Shown one piece after another: positions 54,317 to 63,188 of a stretch of 64,000 nucleotides of DNA. The position numbers and the translations under genes were made by a program. The notes below the pieces were generated by a model that was not told where the DNA came from, made no database searches, and saw nothing but the letters and a program-made list of their open reading frames with translations. Numbering within the stretch: the stretch's first letter is position 1; the number at the start of each line of letters is the position of its first letter. This stretch comes from an uncultured Prevotella sp. GTDB lineage: Bacteria; Bacteroidota; Bacteroidia; Bacteroidales; Bacteroidaceae. The DNA lies in contig CAJOGK010000035.1 in the NCBI GenBank assembly GCA_905234145.1, positions 16,909 to 80,908 of the forward strand, read 5' to 3'.

Positions 54317-55149
54317 AACTGAGTATTGTGATTGTAAGCTACAATGTGCGTAGTTATCTGGAGGCTTGTCTGCAGAGTGTACGCAAGGCCCTTGAAGGTA
54401 TCGAGGGCGAGGTGTTTGTAGTTGACAATCATTCTTCTGATGATACCGTTAGTGTGCTCCGAAGCCAATATTCCTGGGTACGTCTGATAGAGAATCAAGA
54501 GAATCTGGGGTTTGCCAAGGCGAATAATATAGCGATCCGTCAATCTCAGGGCGACTATGTCTTATTGCTCAATCCTGATACTGTTGTTGGAGAGCAAACA
54601 CTCCGTAGTGCTTTGCTGTTTATGGACGAGCATCCCAAAGCGGGTGGGGCAGGTGTGATGATGCTCAATACCGATGGCACCCGTGCACCGGAATCGCGAA
54701 GGGCCTTGCCTACGCCTTGGGTATCTTGCCTGAAGATGCTTGGTTTTACAAAGCGCTATTACATGAGCCATCTGCCTTGGGACGCACCAGGCCGTATCGA
54801 TGTGGTAAGTGGTGCCTTCTGTCTGTTGCGAAAAGAAGCACTTGATAAGATTGGTCTCTTAGATGAGGATTTCTTCATGTATGGAGAAGACATCGATTTA
54901 TCCTATCGCCTGCTGAAAGCTGGCTGGGAGAATTGGTATCTGCCTTATGCCATCGTTCACCATAAAGGTAAGTCCACCCAGAAGTCGGATTACCGCTATG
55001 TGCATATCTTCTATCAGGCCATGCTGATCTTCTTCAGGAAGCATTACAGCCATTTAAGCATCTTCTATACCCTCCCAGTTAAGATGGCCATTTATTTCAG
55101 GGCCTCTATCGCATTAATTGATTTGCTACGTAAAAAAATGCATTTATGA
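54313..55149 (+). CDS. Glycosyltransferase family 2
   Basis: VIVSYN, VVDNHSSD, NLGFAKANN, LLNPD, FFMYGEDID. Confidence 0.95.
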   Translation: MKLSIVIVSYNVRSYLEACLQSVRKALEGIEGEVFVVDNHSSDDTVSVLRSQYSWVRLIENQENLGFAKANNIAIRQSQGDYVLLLNPDTVVGEQTLRSALLFMDEHPKAGGAGVMMLNTDGTRAPESRRALPTPWVSCLKMLGFTKRYYMSHLPWDAPGRIDVVSGAFCLLRKEALDKIGLLDEDFFMYGEDIDLSYRLLKAGWENWYLPYAIVHHKGKSTQKSDYRYVHIFYQAMLIFFRKHYSHLSIFYTLPVKMAIYFRASIALIDLLRKKMHL

Positions 55150-55658
55150 AATCATTACCCATTGTACATTTGCGAGCCATTGAGCCCGAGGATCTTGATT
55201 TGTTGTATCGTATTGAGAACGACCGCAAGCTTTGGAATGTCGGTGCCTCGAATGTGCCATACTCACGCTATACGTTGCATGATTATGTGGCTAATGCCTC
55301 GGATGACATCTATACCGATCGCCAGGTAAGGATGATGGTTGAGAATGAGCAGGGCGAAATAGTGGGTATTGCTGATATCGTGAATTTCGACCCCAGCAAT
55401 TGTCGTGCAGAAGTGGGATTGATTATCCTTGATGCTTATCGTCGCCAGGGCTATGGCAGCAGTACGCTTAGCCAAATAGCCGACTATGCCCTGAATGTGC
55501 TCCATCTGCATCAGCTTTTTGCCTTTATCGATATCACCAATCAAGCCTCGGTAAATTTGTTCCGTGAGATGAACTATCAGTCATCGGCCATGATTAAGGA
55601 TTGGCTCTATGATGGGCGCGAATATCGCGATGCCATGATGGTACAACTGATTTTTTAG
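55146..55658 (+). CDS. GNAT N-acetyltransferase (RimJ/SpeG-like)
   Basis: LRAIEPEDL, AEVG, RRQGYG, LHQL, NQAS..LF. Confidence 0.9.
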   Translation: MKSLPIVHLRAIEPEDLDLLYRIENDRKLWNVGASNVPYSRYTLHDYVANASDDIYTDRQVRMMVENEQGEIVGIADIVNFDPSNCRAEVGLIILDAYRRQGYGSSTLSQIADYALNVLHLHQLFAFIDITNQASVNLFREMNYQSSAMIKDWLYDGREYRDAMMVQLIF

Positions 55659-55756
55659 CGATATTTTTGCGATTGCTTAAAAAAAATCCCAAAATATTTT
55701 GTGGATTCGGAAAATATTAGTACCTTTGCACCCGCTAATAAGAAAGAGTGCTTTCT

Positions 55757-55819
55757 GGTGCGTTAGTTCAGTAGGTTAGAATGCCTGCCTGTCACGCAGG
55801 AGGTCACGAGTTCGAATCT
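55757..55819 (+). pseudogene. 3'-truncated tRNA-Asp(GTC) copy
   Basis: 63 nt identical to the downstream tRNA-Asp, then diverges; lacks CGTACGCACCG. Confidence 0.9.
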
Positions 55820-55842
55820 TTTTTAGATCTTCCACCGTATAT

Positions 55843-55916
55843 GGTGCGTTAGTTCAGTAGGTTAGAATGCCTGCCTGTCACGCAGGAGGTCACGAGTTCG
55901 AATCTCGTACGCACCG
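55843..55916 (+). tRNA. tRNA-Asp(GTC)
   Basis: GGTGCGT..ACGCACC-G, CTGTCAC loop. Confidence 0.97.
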
Positions 55917-55917
55917 C

Positions 55918-55953
55918 AGAAACCCTTCGATGAAAATCGAGGGGTTTTTGTTT
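55918..55953 (+). terminator. tRNA-Asp terminator
   Basis: AAACCCTTCGAT..ATCGAGGGGTTTTT. Confidence 0.8.
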
Positions 55954-56066
55954 GCCCTTTTGTCATATTATAAGCAAAAACTTAAAAAAGTTCGCAAAAT
56001 ATTTGGAGAATCCGAGAAATTGCTTTATTTTTGCAGGCTGAAAATACTATTTACTGACCAACTAAA

Positions 56067-57209
56067 ATGGATGCAGGTGAAACTCTAGAATCAAAAATAA
56101 ACCGAAGTGAGTATAAAATACTTATTGTCGATGATGTTGTTAGCAATGTCTTACTGTTGAAGATATTGTTAACTAACGAGAAATTTCAGGTATGTACAGC
56201 CAACAATGGTACGACTGCCATCGATCAGGCAAGGAAAGAACATCCCGACCTAATTTTGCTGGATGTCATGATGCCCGACATGAACGGATTCGAAGTGGCC
56301 ACTGTCTTGAAGAGAGAAGAAGAAACAAAAGAAATACCCATTATTTTCCTCACAGCTTTGAATACACCACAAGATTTGGTGCATGGTTTCAAGGTAGGTG
56401 CCAGCGATTTCTTAACCAAGCCTTTTAATAAAGAAGAGTTGGTGATGCGTGTCACGCAGCAGATATCATTGGTAGCCGCCAAGCGCATTATCGAGAAGCA
56501 GAATGAGGAGCTCCGCGCTACGCTGAGCAATCGTGATAAAATGTATTCCGTGATTGCCCACGATTTGCGCTCGCCTATGGCCAGCATTCGTATGGTGCTT
56601 AATCTGGTTGTAGCTTCTACATCGCCAGAAACTGTTGGCCCAGAACTTTTCGAATTGCTCGATAAGGCTAATAAAGAATCTGAGGAGGTACATGATCTGC
56701 TCGATAATCTGCTAAAATGGACGAAGAGTCAGACGGGTCGCCTCTCTGTGGTATTGCAGGATTTGGATCTGAACGATATCATCCCTGGCGTGGTAGAGAT
56801 CTTCGAGATGATAGCCGTTACCAAGCATATCAAGCTCGATTTGCAGAAGCCTAGCGAACCGCTATTGGTACATGCCGATAATGATATGTTGAAGACGGTA
56901 GTTCGTAATTTCCTCTCGAATGCCATCAAGTTCTCGCCAGAGAATTCTTCCATCGAAATCAGCATGACTACTGAGGGTGATTTCGCTAAAGTAAGTGTTC
57001 GCGACCATGGTGTTGGTATTGCTGCTAATCGCTTGGGATCGATTTTCCATAAGGGCGAAACCACTTACGGAACAGGTGGTGAAGAAGGTTCCGGACTCGG
57101 TCTGCAGCTCTGCCAGGACTTTGCCCGTAAGAATGGTGGCGATTGTACTGTAGAATCTGTCGAAGGCCAGGGTAGTACGTTCAGTGTTCTCATACCGTTA
57201 AAGAAATAA
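56067..57209 (+). CDS. Cytoplasmic hybrid receiver-histidine kinase
   Basis: ILIVDD, LLDVMMP, KPF; AHDLRSP (H box), NFLSNAIKFS, DHGVG, GSGLGL. Confidence 0.95.
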   Translation: MDAGETLESKINRSEYKILIVDDVVSNVLLLKILLTNEKFQVCTANNGTTAIDQARKEHPDLILLDVMMPDMNGFEVATVLKREEETKEIPIIFLTALNTPQDLVHGFKVGASDFLTKPFNKEELVMRVTQQISLVAAKRIIEKQNEELRATLSNRDKMYSVIAHDLRSPMASIRMVLNLVVASTSPETVGPELFELLDKANKESEEVHDLLDNLLKWTKSQTGRLSVVLQDLDLNDIIPGVVEIFEMIAVTKHIKLDLQKPSEPLLVHADNDMLKTVVRNFLSNAIKFSPENSSIEISMTTEGDFAKVSVRDHGVGIAANRLGSIFHKGETTYGTGGEEGSGLGLQLCQDFARKNGGDCTVESVEGQGSTFSVLIPLKK

Positions 57210-58330
57210 TGGCTACACCTATTTATATTATAGAGGAACAAAAACTTCGCCGCAACCTCAAGCTTATTGCTGAAGTTGCGGCGAAAGCAAATATTGAGGT
57301 GATTCTTGCATTCAAGGCCTTTGCTTTGTGGAAGACATTCCCCATTTTTCGCGAGTATATTCATGCTACGACCGCCAGTTCGCTTTCCGAGGCGCGTTTG
57401 GCTTTCGAGGAATTTGGCGCACCTGCCCATACATATTCGCCAGCTTATACCGACGATGAGTTTGATGAGATCGTGAAATGTTCATCTCATTTATCCTTTA
57501 ACTCTCTGTCGCAGTATGAGCGTTTCCATCAGAAGGCAAAGTCTGTTTCCATTGGCCTTCGTGTTAATCCTGAGTATTCAGAGGTAGGCACCTTATTATA
57601 TAATCCTTGTGCACCAGGTACGCGCTTTGGGGTTACAGCCGATAAGTTGCCTGCTCAGTTGCCTTCCGATATCGAGGGCTTCCATTGTCATTGTCATTGC
57701 GAGAGTGGGGCAGATGTGTTTCAGCGCACCCTCGTACATATCGAAGAAAAATTCTCGAAATGGTTTCCTCAGCTGAAATGGATTAATTTTGGCGGAGGTC
57801 ATCTTATGACGCGAAAAGATTATGATGTCGATTTGCTTATCCAACTGATGCAGGATTTCCACAAGCGCTATCCTTGGTTGAAGGTTATTCTCGAGCCAGG
57901 TAGTGCTTTCGCCTGGCAAACGGGTCCGCTGGTATCGCATGTGGTCGATATTGTAGAAGATAAAGGTATCAAGACGGCCATTCTCGATGTAAGTTTTACC
58001 TGCCACATGCCAGATTGCCTCGAAATGCCTTACTTCCCCGATGTCCGTGGCGCAGTTCACGTAAATCGTAAATCTGTAAATCGTAAATCAGAGTATCGTC
58101 TTGGCGGTAACAGCTGTTTGAGTGGCGATTTTATGAGTTCTTGGCGCTTCGATCACGAACTACAGATTGGCGAAGAAATCATTTTCGAGGATATGATTCA
58201 TTATACCACCGTTAAAACGAACACGTTTAATGGTATTTCTCACCCCGCCATAGGCATGCTTCATGCCGATGGCAAATTAGAGATATTGCGCCAGTTTGGG
58301 TATGAAGATTACCGTGATCGGATGGATTAA
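57209..58330 (+). CDS. nspC: Carboxynorspermidine decarboxylase
   Basis: LAFKAF, YNPCAPGTRFG, NFGGGH, LEPG, HMPD.LE, CLSGD, YTTVKTNTFNG. Confidence 0.95.
   Translation: MATPIYIIEEQKLRRNLKLIAEVAAKANIEVILAFKAFALWKTFPIFREYIHATTASSLSEARLAFEEFGAPAHTYSPAYTDDEFDEIVKCSSHLSFNSLSQYERFHQKAKSVSIGLRVNPEYSEVGTLLYNPCAPGTRFGVTADKLPAQLPSDIEGFHCHCHCESGADVFQRTLVHIEEKFSKWFPQLKWINFGGGHLMTRKDYDVDLLIQLMQDFHKRYPWLKVILEPGSAFAWQTGPLVSHVVDIVEDKGIKTAILDVSFTCHMPDCLEMPYFPDVRGAVHVNRKSVNRKSEYRLGGNSCLSGDFMSSWRFDHELQIGEEIIFEDMIHYTTVKTNTFNGISHPAIGMLHADGKLEILRQFGYEDYRDRMD
58061..58090. repeat. GTAAATC-family 2 x 15 bp in-frame insertion in nspC
   Basis: GTAAATC GTAAATC T GTAAATC GTAAATC A = VNRKS VNRKS. Confidence 0.9.
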
Positions 58331-58462
58331 TGCCCTAAAAACGGCCTATTTTCGATAAAATGGGCTTTTTTTTGAAAAAAAACAGCTAAAAAGTTTGCCA
58401 GTTCCGAAAAAAGCATTACCTTTGCATCCGCAATCGAGAGAGATGGCCTAGGACATGCGGAA

Positions 58463-58520
58463 TTTCCGCGCAAGCCGAGAGCAGAAAAACTTGTTTTTTA
58501 TGCCGAGGCGCCGCCGGAAA
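58463..58520 (+). repeat. Structured palindromic element in the tRNA operon leader
   Basis: TTTCCG..GCCgagaGCA-GAAAAAC-TT-GTTTTTT-aTGCcgaGGC..CGGAAA. Confidence 0.55.
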
Positions 58521-58541
58521 AACCGATTGTTCGAAGAACAA

Positions 58542-58614
58542 GCGGAAATAGCTCAGTTGGTAGAGCACAACCTTGCCAAGGTTGGGGTCGCGGGTCCGAG
58601 TCCCGTTTTCCGCT
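58542..58614 (+). tRNA. tRNA-Gly(GCC)
   Basis: GCGGAAA..TTTCCGC-T, TTGCCAA loop. Confidence 0.96.
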
Positions 58615-58664
58615 CACTTGTTGAACAAAAAAGAGCTTCAGGGACTGGCCCTGCGAGTAAAAAT

Positions 58665-58746
58665 GCCCAGGTGGCGGAATTGGTAGACGCGCACGTTTCA
58701 GGTGCGTGTGCCGCGAGGCGTGCAGGTTCGAGTCCTGTTCTGGGCA
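58665..58746 (+). tRNA. tRNA-Leu(CAG)
   Basis: GCCCAGG..TCTGGGC-A, TTCAGGT loop, long variable arm. Confidence 0.96.
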
Positions 58747-58763
58747 CTCTTTTTTCTTCACAT

Positions 58764-58847
58764 GGAGAGGTGGCGGAATTGGTAGACGCGCTACTTTGAG
58801 GGGGTAGTGTCAATTGCGACGTGGGAGTTCGAGTCTCCTCCTCTTCA
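58764..58847 (+). tRNA. tRNA-Leu(GAG)
   Basis: GGAGAGG..CCTCTTC-A, TTGAGGG loop, long variable arm. Confidence 0.96.
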
Positions 58848-58861
58848 CTTTTTGACTTATT

Positions 58862-58934
58862 GCGGAAATAGCTCAGTTGGTAGAGCACAACCTTGCCAAG
58901 GTTGGGGTCGCGGGTCCGAGTCCCGTTTTCCGCT
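58862..58934 (+). tRNA. tRNA-Gly(GCC), second identical copy
   Basis: Identical to 58542-58614. Confidence 0.96.
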
Positions 58935-58964
58935 CTTTTTAGGAAAACAACAACTTTCATTAAA

Positions 58965-59510
58965 ATGAATTTATACTTAAGATACTTTGACCGAGAAACG
59001 TTAGTTTCTACTGTTGATGAAGCTATAGATTTCCTTAGAGCCATCGACGAAATAGACATGAATCCACTTTTAGAAGCTGATATCCGCGAATATGCAGCCA
59101 GTGATATGTATTACCCCAAGAGGTATAAAGTACACCCCAAGGTTTATTTTATTATCATTAAGACTGAAGCTGCAACCATGCAAGATTTTAAAGAAAAGAA
59201 AGCTATTCATCCAACCATTCCCACGTCAGATAACCGTTCGTCAGCCATTCCTACGCTTGTTCGCCTCAATGAGGAGCGCCCAGGCTGGTACGAAGGTATG
59301 ATCGATTTCAAGCGCGTGCTTTTGGTGCCAGGCACCGGTAAGTTCCAGTATCGCGATACCCAGTTTGTGGCTTGTGTAAAAGCCGTATCTGGTATGGATT
59401 GCTACGAGCGTATTGTAGAACATCTCCGCGAGCTGGTCGATGAGCGTAGCCAGTTCCCATCAGCAAAGGGTAAGAATTTCAAGTTCCGTTATTTAGGTAA
59501 GGCAAAATGA
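58965..59510 (+). CDS. Hypothetical protein
   Basis: Likely start MNLYLRYFD after an AT-rich leader; the longer ORF call overlaps the tRNA; 4-bp overlap with ssb. Confidence 0.8.
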   Translation: MNLYLRYFDRETLVSTVDEAIDFLRAIDEIDMNPLLEADIREYAASDMYYPKRYKVHPKVYFIIIKTEAATMQDFKEKKAIHPTIPTSDNRSSAIPTLVRLNEERPGWYEGMIDFKRVLLVPGTGKFQYRDTQFVACVKAVSGMDCYERIVEHLRELVDERSQFPSAKGKNFKFRYLGKAK

Positions 59511-59869
59511 ATAAAGTGATGTTAATTGGCAATGTAGGCCAAGAACCCGAGGTGCGTTATGTAGAACAAGGTGTGGCAGTAGCCCGTCTTCGCCTGGCCA
59601 CAACGGAGCGTGGCTATACACTCCAGAATGGCACCACCGTGCCCGACCATACAGATTGGCATAATATCATCCTGTGGCGCAAGTTGGCTGAGGTTGTAGA
59701 GAAATATGTACACAAGGGCGACAAGCTTTACATCGAGGGTCGTATCCGTTATTCCACGTACGACGACAAGCAGGGCCAGCGCCGTTATGTGACGGAAATC
59801 TGGGCCGACAATATGGAAATGCTAACACCAAAGACAGAAAATGGACTATCTTCAAGCGATAATCAGTGA
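59507..59869 (+). CDS. ssb: Single-stranded DNA-binding protein (short, no acidic DDLPF tail)
   Basis: NKVMLIGNVGQEPE, LATTE, TDWH, KGDKLYIEGR. Confidence 0.95.
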   Translation: MNKVMLIGNVGQEPEVRYVEQGVAVARLRLATTERGYTLQNGTTVPDHTDWHNIILWRKLAEVVEKYVHKGDKLYIEGRIRYSTYDDKQGQRRYVTEIWADNMEMLTPKTENGLSSSDNQ

Positions 59870-61151
59870 AGTAACAATCATGGCTCCCTCCATGGGGGCC
59901 ATCTTTTCAGCTATACTGGCTGCTATCCTTTTAATATTCTCGGGTTTTGCCTCTGGTTCTGAGATTGCTTTCTTCTCGCTGTCGCCAAACGATATGAATG
60001 AGCTTGAAGAAAGCACCGATGAGCGCGACAAGCAGATACTCGCCCTTCGTGAAGATTCAGAGCGTACGCTCGCCACCATTCTCATTACGAATAATCTTGT
60101 GAATGTGGCTATCATCATGCTCTGTACCTATTTCTTCGATCATCTTATTTACTTCGGACCAGCAGCCTGGTGGCTCGAATTCCTTGTGATCACCGTCTTG
60201 CTTACATTCCTGCTGTTGCTCTTTGGTGAGATTATGCCAAAGGTCTATTGCGGACAGCATCCACTGGCCATGTGTCGCCGCTTCTCTGGTCCTATCACGT
60301 TTCTGCGCAAGGTGTTTTATCCTATCTCTTCCGTGCTTATCCGTTCAGGCATTTGGGCTTCGAAGGTGGTACAGAAAGAGAACCATGTTCTGAGTGTCGA
60401 CGAACTCGAACAGGCGCTCGAACTTACCGACGAGAACGAGCTCAAGGAAGAGAAGAATATGCTGGAGGGCATCGTGCGCTTTGGCGATGAGACAGCGAAG
60501 GAGGTGATGACAAGCCGTCAGGATGTAGTCGACCTCGATTTCCGATTGCCATTCCCCGAGGTGCTTAAGTGCATCATCCAGAATAATTACTCGCGCATTC
60601 CCGTTTATCAAGATACCATCGATAATATCCGTGGTATTCTGTATATCAAGGATTTGCTGCCCCATCTTACCAAGCCCGCCTCTTTCCGCTGGCAATCGTT
60701 GATTCGTCCACCTTATTTCGTACCCGAGACGAAGAAGATCGACGATCTCTTGCGCGATTTCCAGGAGAATAAGGTGCATATCGCCATCGTGGTCGATGAG
60801 TTTGGTGGCACCAGCGGTATCATCACCCTCGAAGATATCCTTGAAGAGATTGTGGGTGAGATCAACGATGAGTACGATGAGGAAGAAAAGAATTACGTTC
60901 GCATCAATGCCAACACCTATATTTTCGAAGGCAAGACGCTGCTGAGCGATTTCTATAAGATTCTCGATCTCGATGATGAGACCTTCGAAGAAGTAGAGGG
61001 CGATGCCGATTCCCTTGGCGGATTGCTGTTGGAGATCAAAGGCGATTTCCCAGCCCTCCACGAGCGCATCAATTACCAGAACTTCACTTTCGAAGTAACC
61101 GAGCTCGATGGCCACCGAATCTCAAAAATCAAAGTCGTTATCCATAACTGA
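59841..61151 (+). CDS. gldE: GldE / HlyC-CorC family (CNNM-CBS-CorC) protein
   Basis: FASGSEIAFFS, FGEIMPK, YSRIPVY, VVDEFGGTSGIITLEDILEEIVGEI. Confidence 0.9.
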   Translation: MDYLQAIISEVTIMAPSMGAIFSAILAAILLIFSGFASGSEIAFFSLSPNDMNELEESTDERDKQILALREDSERTLATILITNNLVNVAIIMLCTYFFDHLIYFGPAAWWLEFLVITVLLTFLLLLFGEIMPKVYCGQHPLAMCRRFSGPITFLRKVFYPISSVLIRSGIWASKVVQKENHVLSVDELEQALELTDENELKEEKNMLEGIVRFGDETAKEVMTSRQDVVDLDFRLPFPEVLKCIIQNNYSRIPVYQDTIDNIRGILYIKDLLPHLTKPASFRWQSLIRPPYFVPETKKIDDLLRDFQENKVHIAIVVDEFGGTSGIITLEDILEEIVGEINDEYDEEEKNYVRINANTYIFEGKTLLSDFYKILDLDDETFEEVEGDADSLGGLLLEIKGDFPALHERINYQNFTFEVTELDGHRISKIKVVIHN

Positions 61152-61161
61152 CCAAATTAGT

Positions 61162-62052
61162 GTGAAACCAGCTCAGATATTTCACCAGTACATCTGGATT
61201 ATCAATACGCTCAGGGCCTATCGCAAATTGACCCTCGAAGAACTGAATCAGAAGTGGATTAACGATAGTGTGGCAGACGGCAATCCCCTGCAACGCTCAT
61301 CGTTCAATCGCCATCGCGACGCCATCCTTGATATGTTTGGCATCATTATCGAATGCGAGCCCCGTACCTATAAGTATTACATCAGTAATAAAGAGGTGCT
61401 CTGCGACGATAGCATCGAGCGGTGGCTCTTCTCCACGCTCACCGTGCATGGTATGCTGGCTGAGAGTGCTGCCGTGAAAGAACGCCTGGTGCTGGAAAGT
61501 GCTCCTGCAGGCGAACAGTATCTCGACACCATCATCCGTGCCATTCGTACAGACCACCGCCTGCTTATGGGTTACAAAAAGTTCGAGGCTGAAGGCTACG
61601 AGAAGGTGGTTTGCCCTTACGCCCTGAAGCTGTTTCGCCAACGCTGGTACTTATTGGCGCTGAATGATGAGAATCAGATGCGCATCTACGCCTTGGACCG
61701 TATGACGATGATAGAACTGATGGACGAGACTTTTGAGATGCCTGCAGAATTCTCATCGCAAGACTACTTCTCGGAATACTTTGGCGTACTTACCAACGAT
61801 ACGCCCATGGCCCACGTTATCTTACGTGCCCATAAGTGGATGCCTAACTATCTGCGTACGCTCCCCCTGCATCACTCCCAGCGCGAGCTCGAATCCACCC
61901 CCGACTATACTGATTTCTCCTATGACATCCGCCCAACGTCTGATTTCATTGGCGAACTGCTGCGCCACAGCGATGGCATCGAAGTGCTCCAGCCACTGGA
62001 ATTGCGTGAGAAAATGCGGCAAATAATAGTTGGAATTCTTAAAAGATATTAA
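61162..62052 (+). CDS. HTH-WYL-WCX transcriptional regulator
   Basis: N-terminal wHTH, PYALK..QRWYL, YALDR, LPLHHSQ, EVLQP..LR; GTG start inferred after the gldE stop. Confidence 0.93.
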   Translation: MKPAQIFHQYIWIINTLRAYRKLTLEELNQKWINDSVADGNPLQRSSFNRHRDAILDMFGIIIECEPRTYKYYISNKEVLCDDSIERWLFSTLTVHGMLAESAAVKERLVLESAPAGEQYLDTIIRAIRTDHRLLMGYKKFEAEGYEKVVCPYALKLFRQRWYLLALNDENQMRIYALDRMTMIELMDETFEMPAEFSSQDYFSEYFGVLTNDTPMAHVILRAHKWMPNYLRTLPLHHSQRELESTPDYTDFSYDIRPTSDFIGELLRHSDGIEVLQPLELREKMRQIIVGILKRY

Positions 62053-62064
62053 AATGTAGTAGGT

Positions 62065-62104
62065 TGTCCTGACTTTTGGGACACCATCATTTTTACTTTG
62101 CAGT
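62065..62104 (+). promoter_or_regulatory. Palindrome plus -7-like box downstream of the WYL gene
   Basis: TGTCC-N9-GGACA (62065-62083), then TTACTTTGCA. Confidence 0.6.
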
Positions 62105-62127
62105 CGGAAACTTAAAATTATAGTGTT

Positions 62128-62400
62128 ATGATAGCAAAAAAGTATTTTTCGATGGATGTGCTGATAGACCTGATGATGACCAAGTTGTTCATGTTGGCAG
62201 AGTACGTGTGTGAAAAGACATCATGCGCTTGCGGTCGCAATATGCGACCACAAACCGTTGAACCAATCCATTCTAACGAAATTATGCCAAGCATTCGTTT
62301 CTCAAACGAGGATCAGACTGCGAATAAATGTGTAAATAGCAATGCTAATAAGCAGCCTCGAATAAAAATCACATTTGTGGAGGGCGAGTTATTTAAATAA
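62128..62400 (+). CDS. Hypothetical 90-aa protein
   Basis: First ORF after the promoter, AT-rich leader; no recognised motif. Confidence 0.55.
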   Translation: MIAKKYFSMDVLIDLMMTKLFMLAEYVCEKTSCACGRNMRPQTVEPIHSNEIMPSIRFSNEDQTANKCVNSNANKQPRIKITFVEGELFK

Positions 62401-62434
62401 AGATGGCTAAAAATTTAAAAAACACAATGGGGAT

Positions 62435-63188
62435 ATGAAACAAATGAAGAAACTGAATTTATGGATGATTAATGTCCTACTTGTAGCGATATATGCATTT
62501 GGATTGAGCGTCGTTACCACATCATGCGGCAATGAGAAAGACTCGGCAAATCAAGAGGAAACAGACCTTTACAAGTATATCAATGCTGCGGAAGAACGTG
62601 AAAGCATTTCCGATGAGGAACGACAGGAATATGCTGCCTTTGCTTGGCGTAACGAGCGCAGTCCCGAGTCGACTATGCCGAAGAATTTTCGCACTTGCAT
62701 GAGCGACTTCAAAGAGCGTGATGCACACAATGGTTTTGACCCCAATTACATACCCTCGCGCAAAGGACTTGACAGCCTGAAGATCAGTGCCAGTTCTGAA
62801 TTCAGTAATAACGAACTCGACGGTCTGCTCGATACGTTGCGGACGATTCATAATGGCTCCTTTCGTCGCTTTCGTCAAGGCTCTCCCTGCCAATACCTGG
62901 CTCCACGTCCACTGTGCGGCAGGTAAGGGGCGAACTACCCTTTTCCTTGCGCTCTATGACTTCATGCGTAATCCTAATGTCGCCGAGAAGGACGTCATCT
63001 ATCGTCATTACCTGCAAGGCGGCAATTTCCTGTATTATCAAGGCGATGATCCCGATGAGAAAGAGTGGAAGGTTGAACTGTACAAGGAGAAGGCGGTGAT
63101 GATAAAACTGTTATATCGCTACGTTCAGGAAAACCATTCAAAGGATTACTCTGTTACATGGACGAAATGGAAAAGCCAATATCAGTAA
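62435..63188 (+). pseudogene. PTP-like phytase (inositol polyphosphate phosphatase) lipoprotein, internally deleted and frameshifted
   Basis: ORF 62435-62926 has the VTTSC lipobox and PKNFRT..PSRKGLDSLKISASSEFS; the +1 frame continues FVAFVKALPANTWLHVHCAAGKGRTT (CX5R); the central DLRxESH and DH general-acid region is absent. Confidence 0.82.

Noticed and set aside
58455-59059. ORFs spanning the tRNA cluster (also 29799-30195 and 55867-56088)
   Set aside because: They are translations of tRNA genes
61162-63188. Anti-phage defence island
   Set aside because: WYL is present, but no nuclease, ATPase, methyltransferase or other defence effector is recognisable
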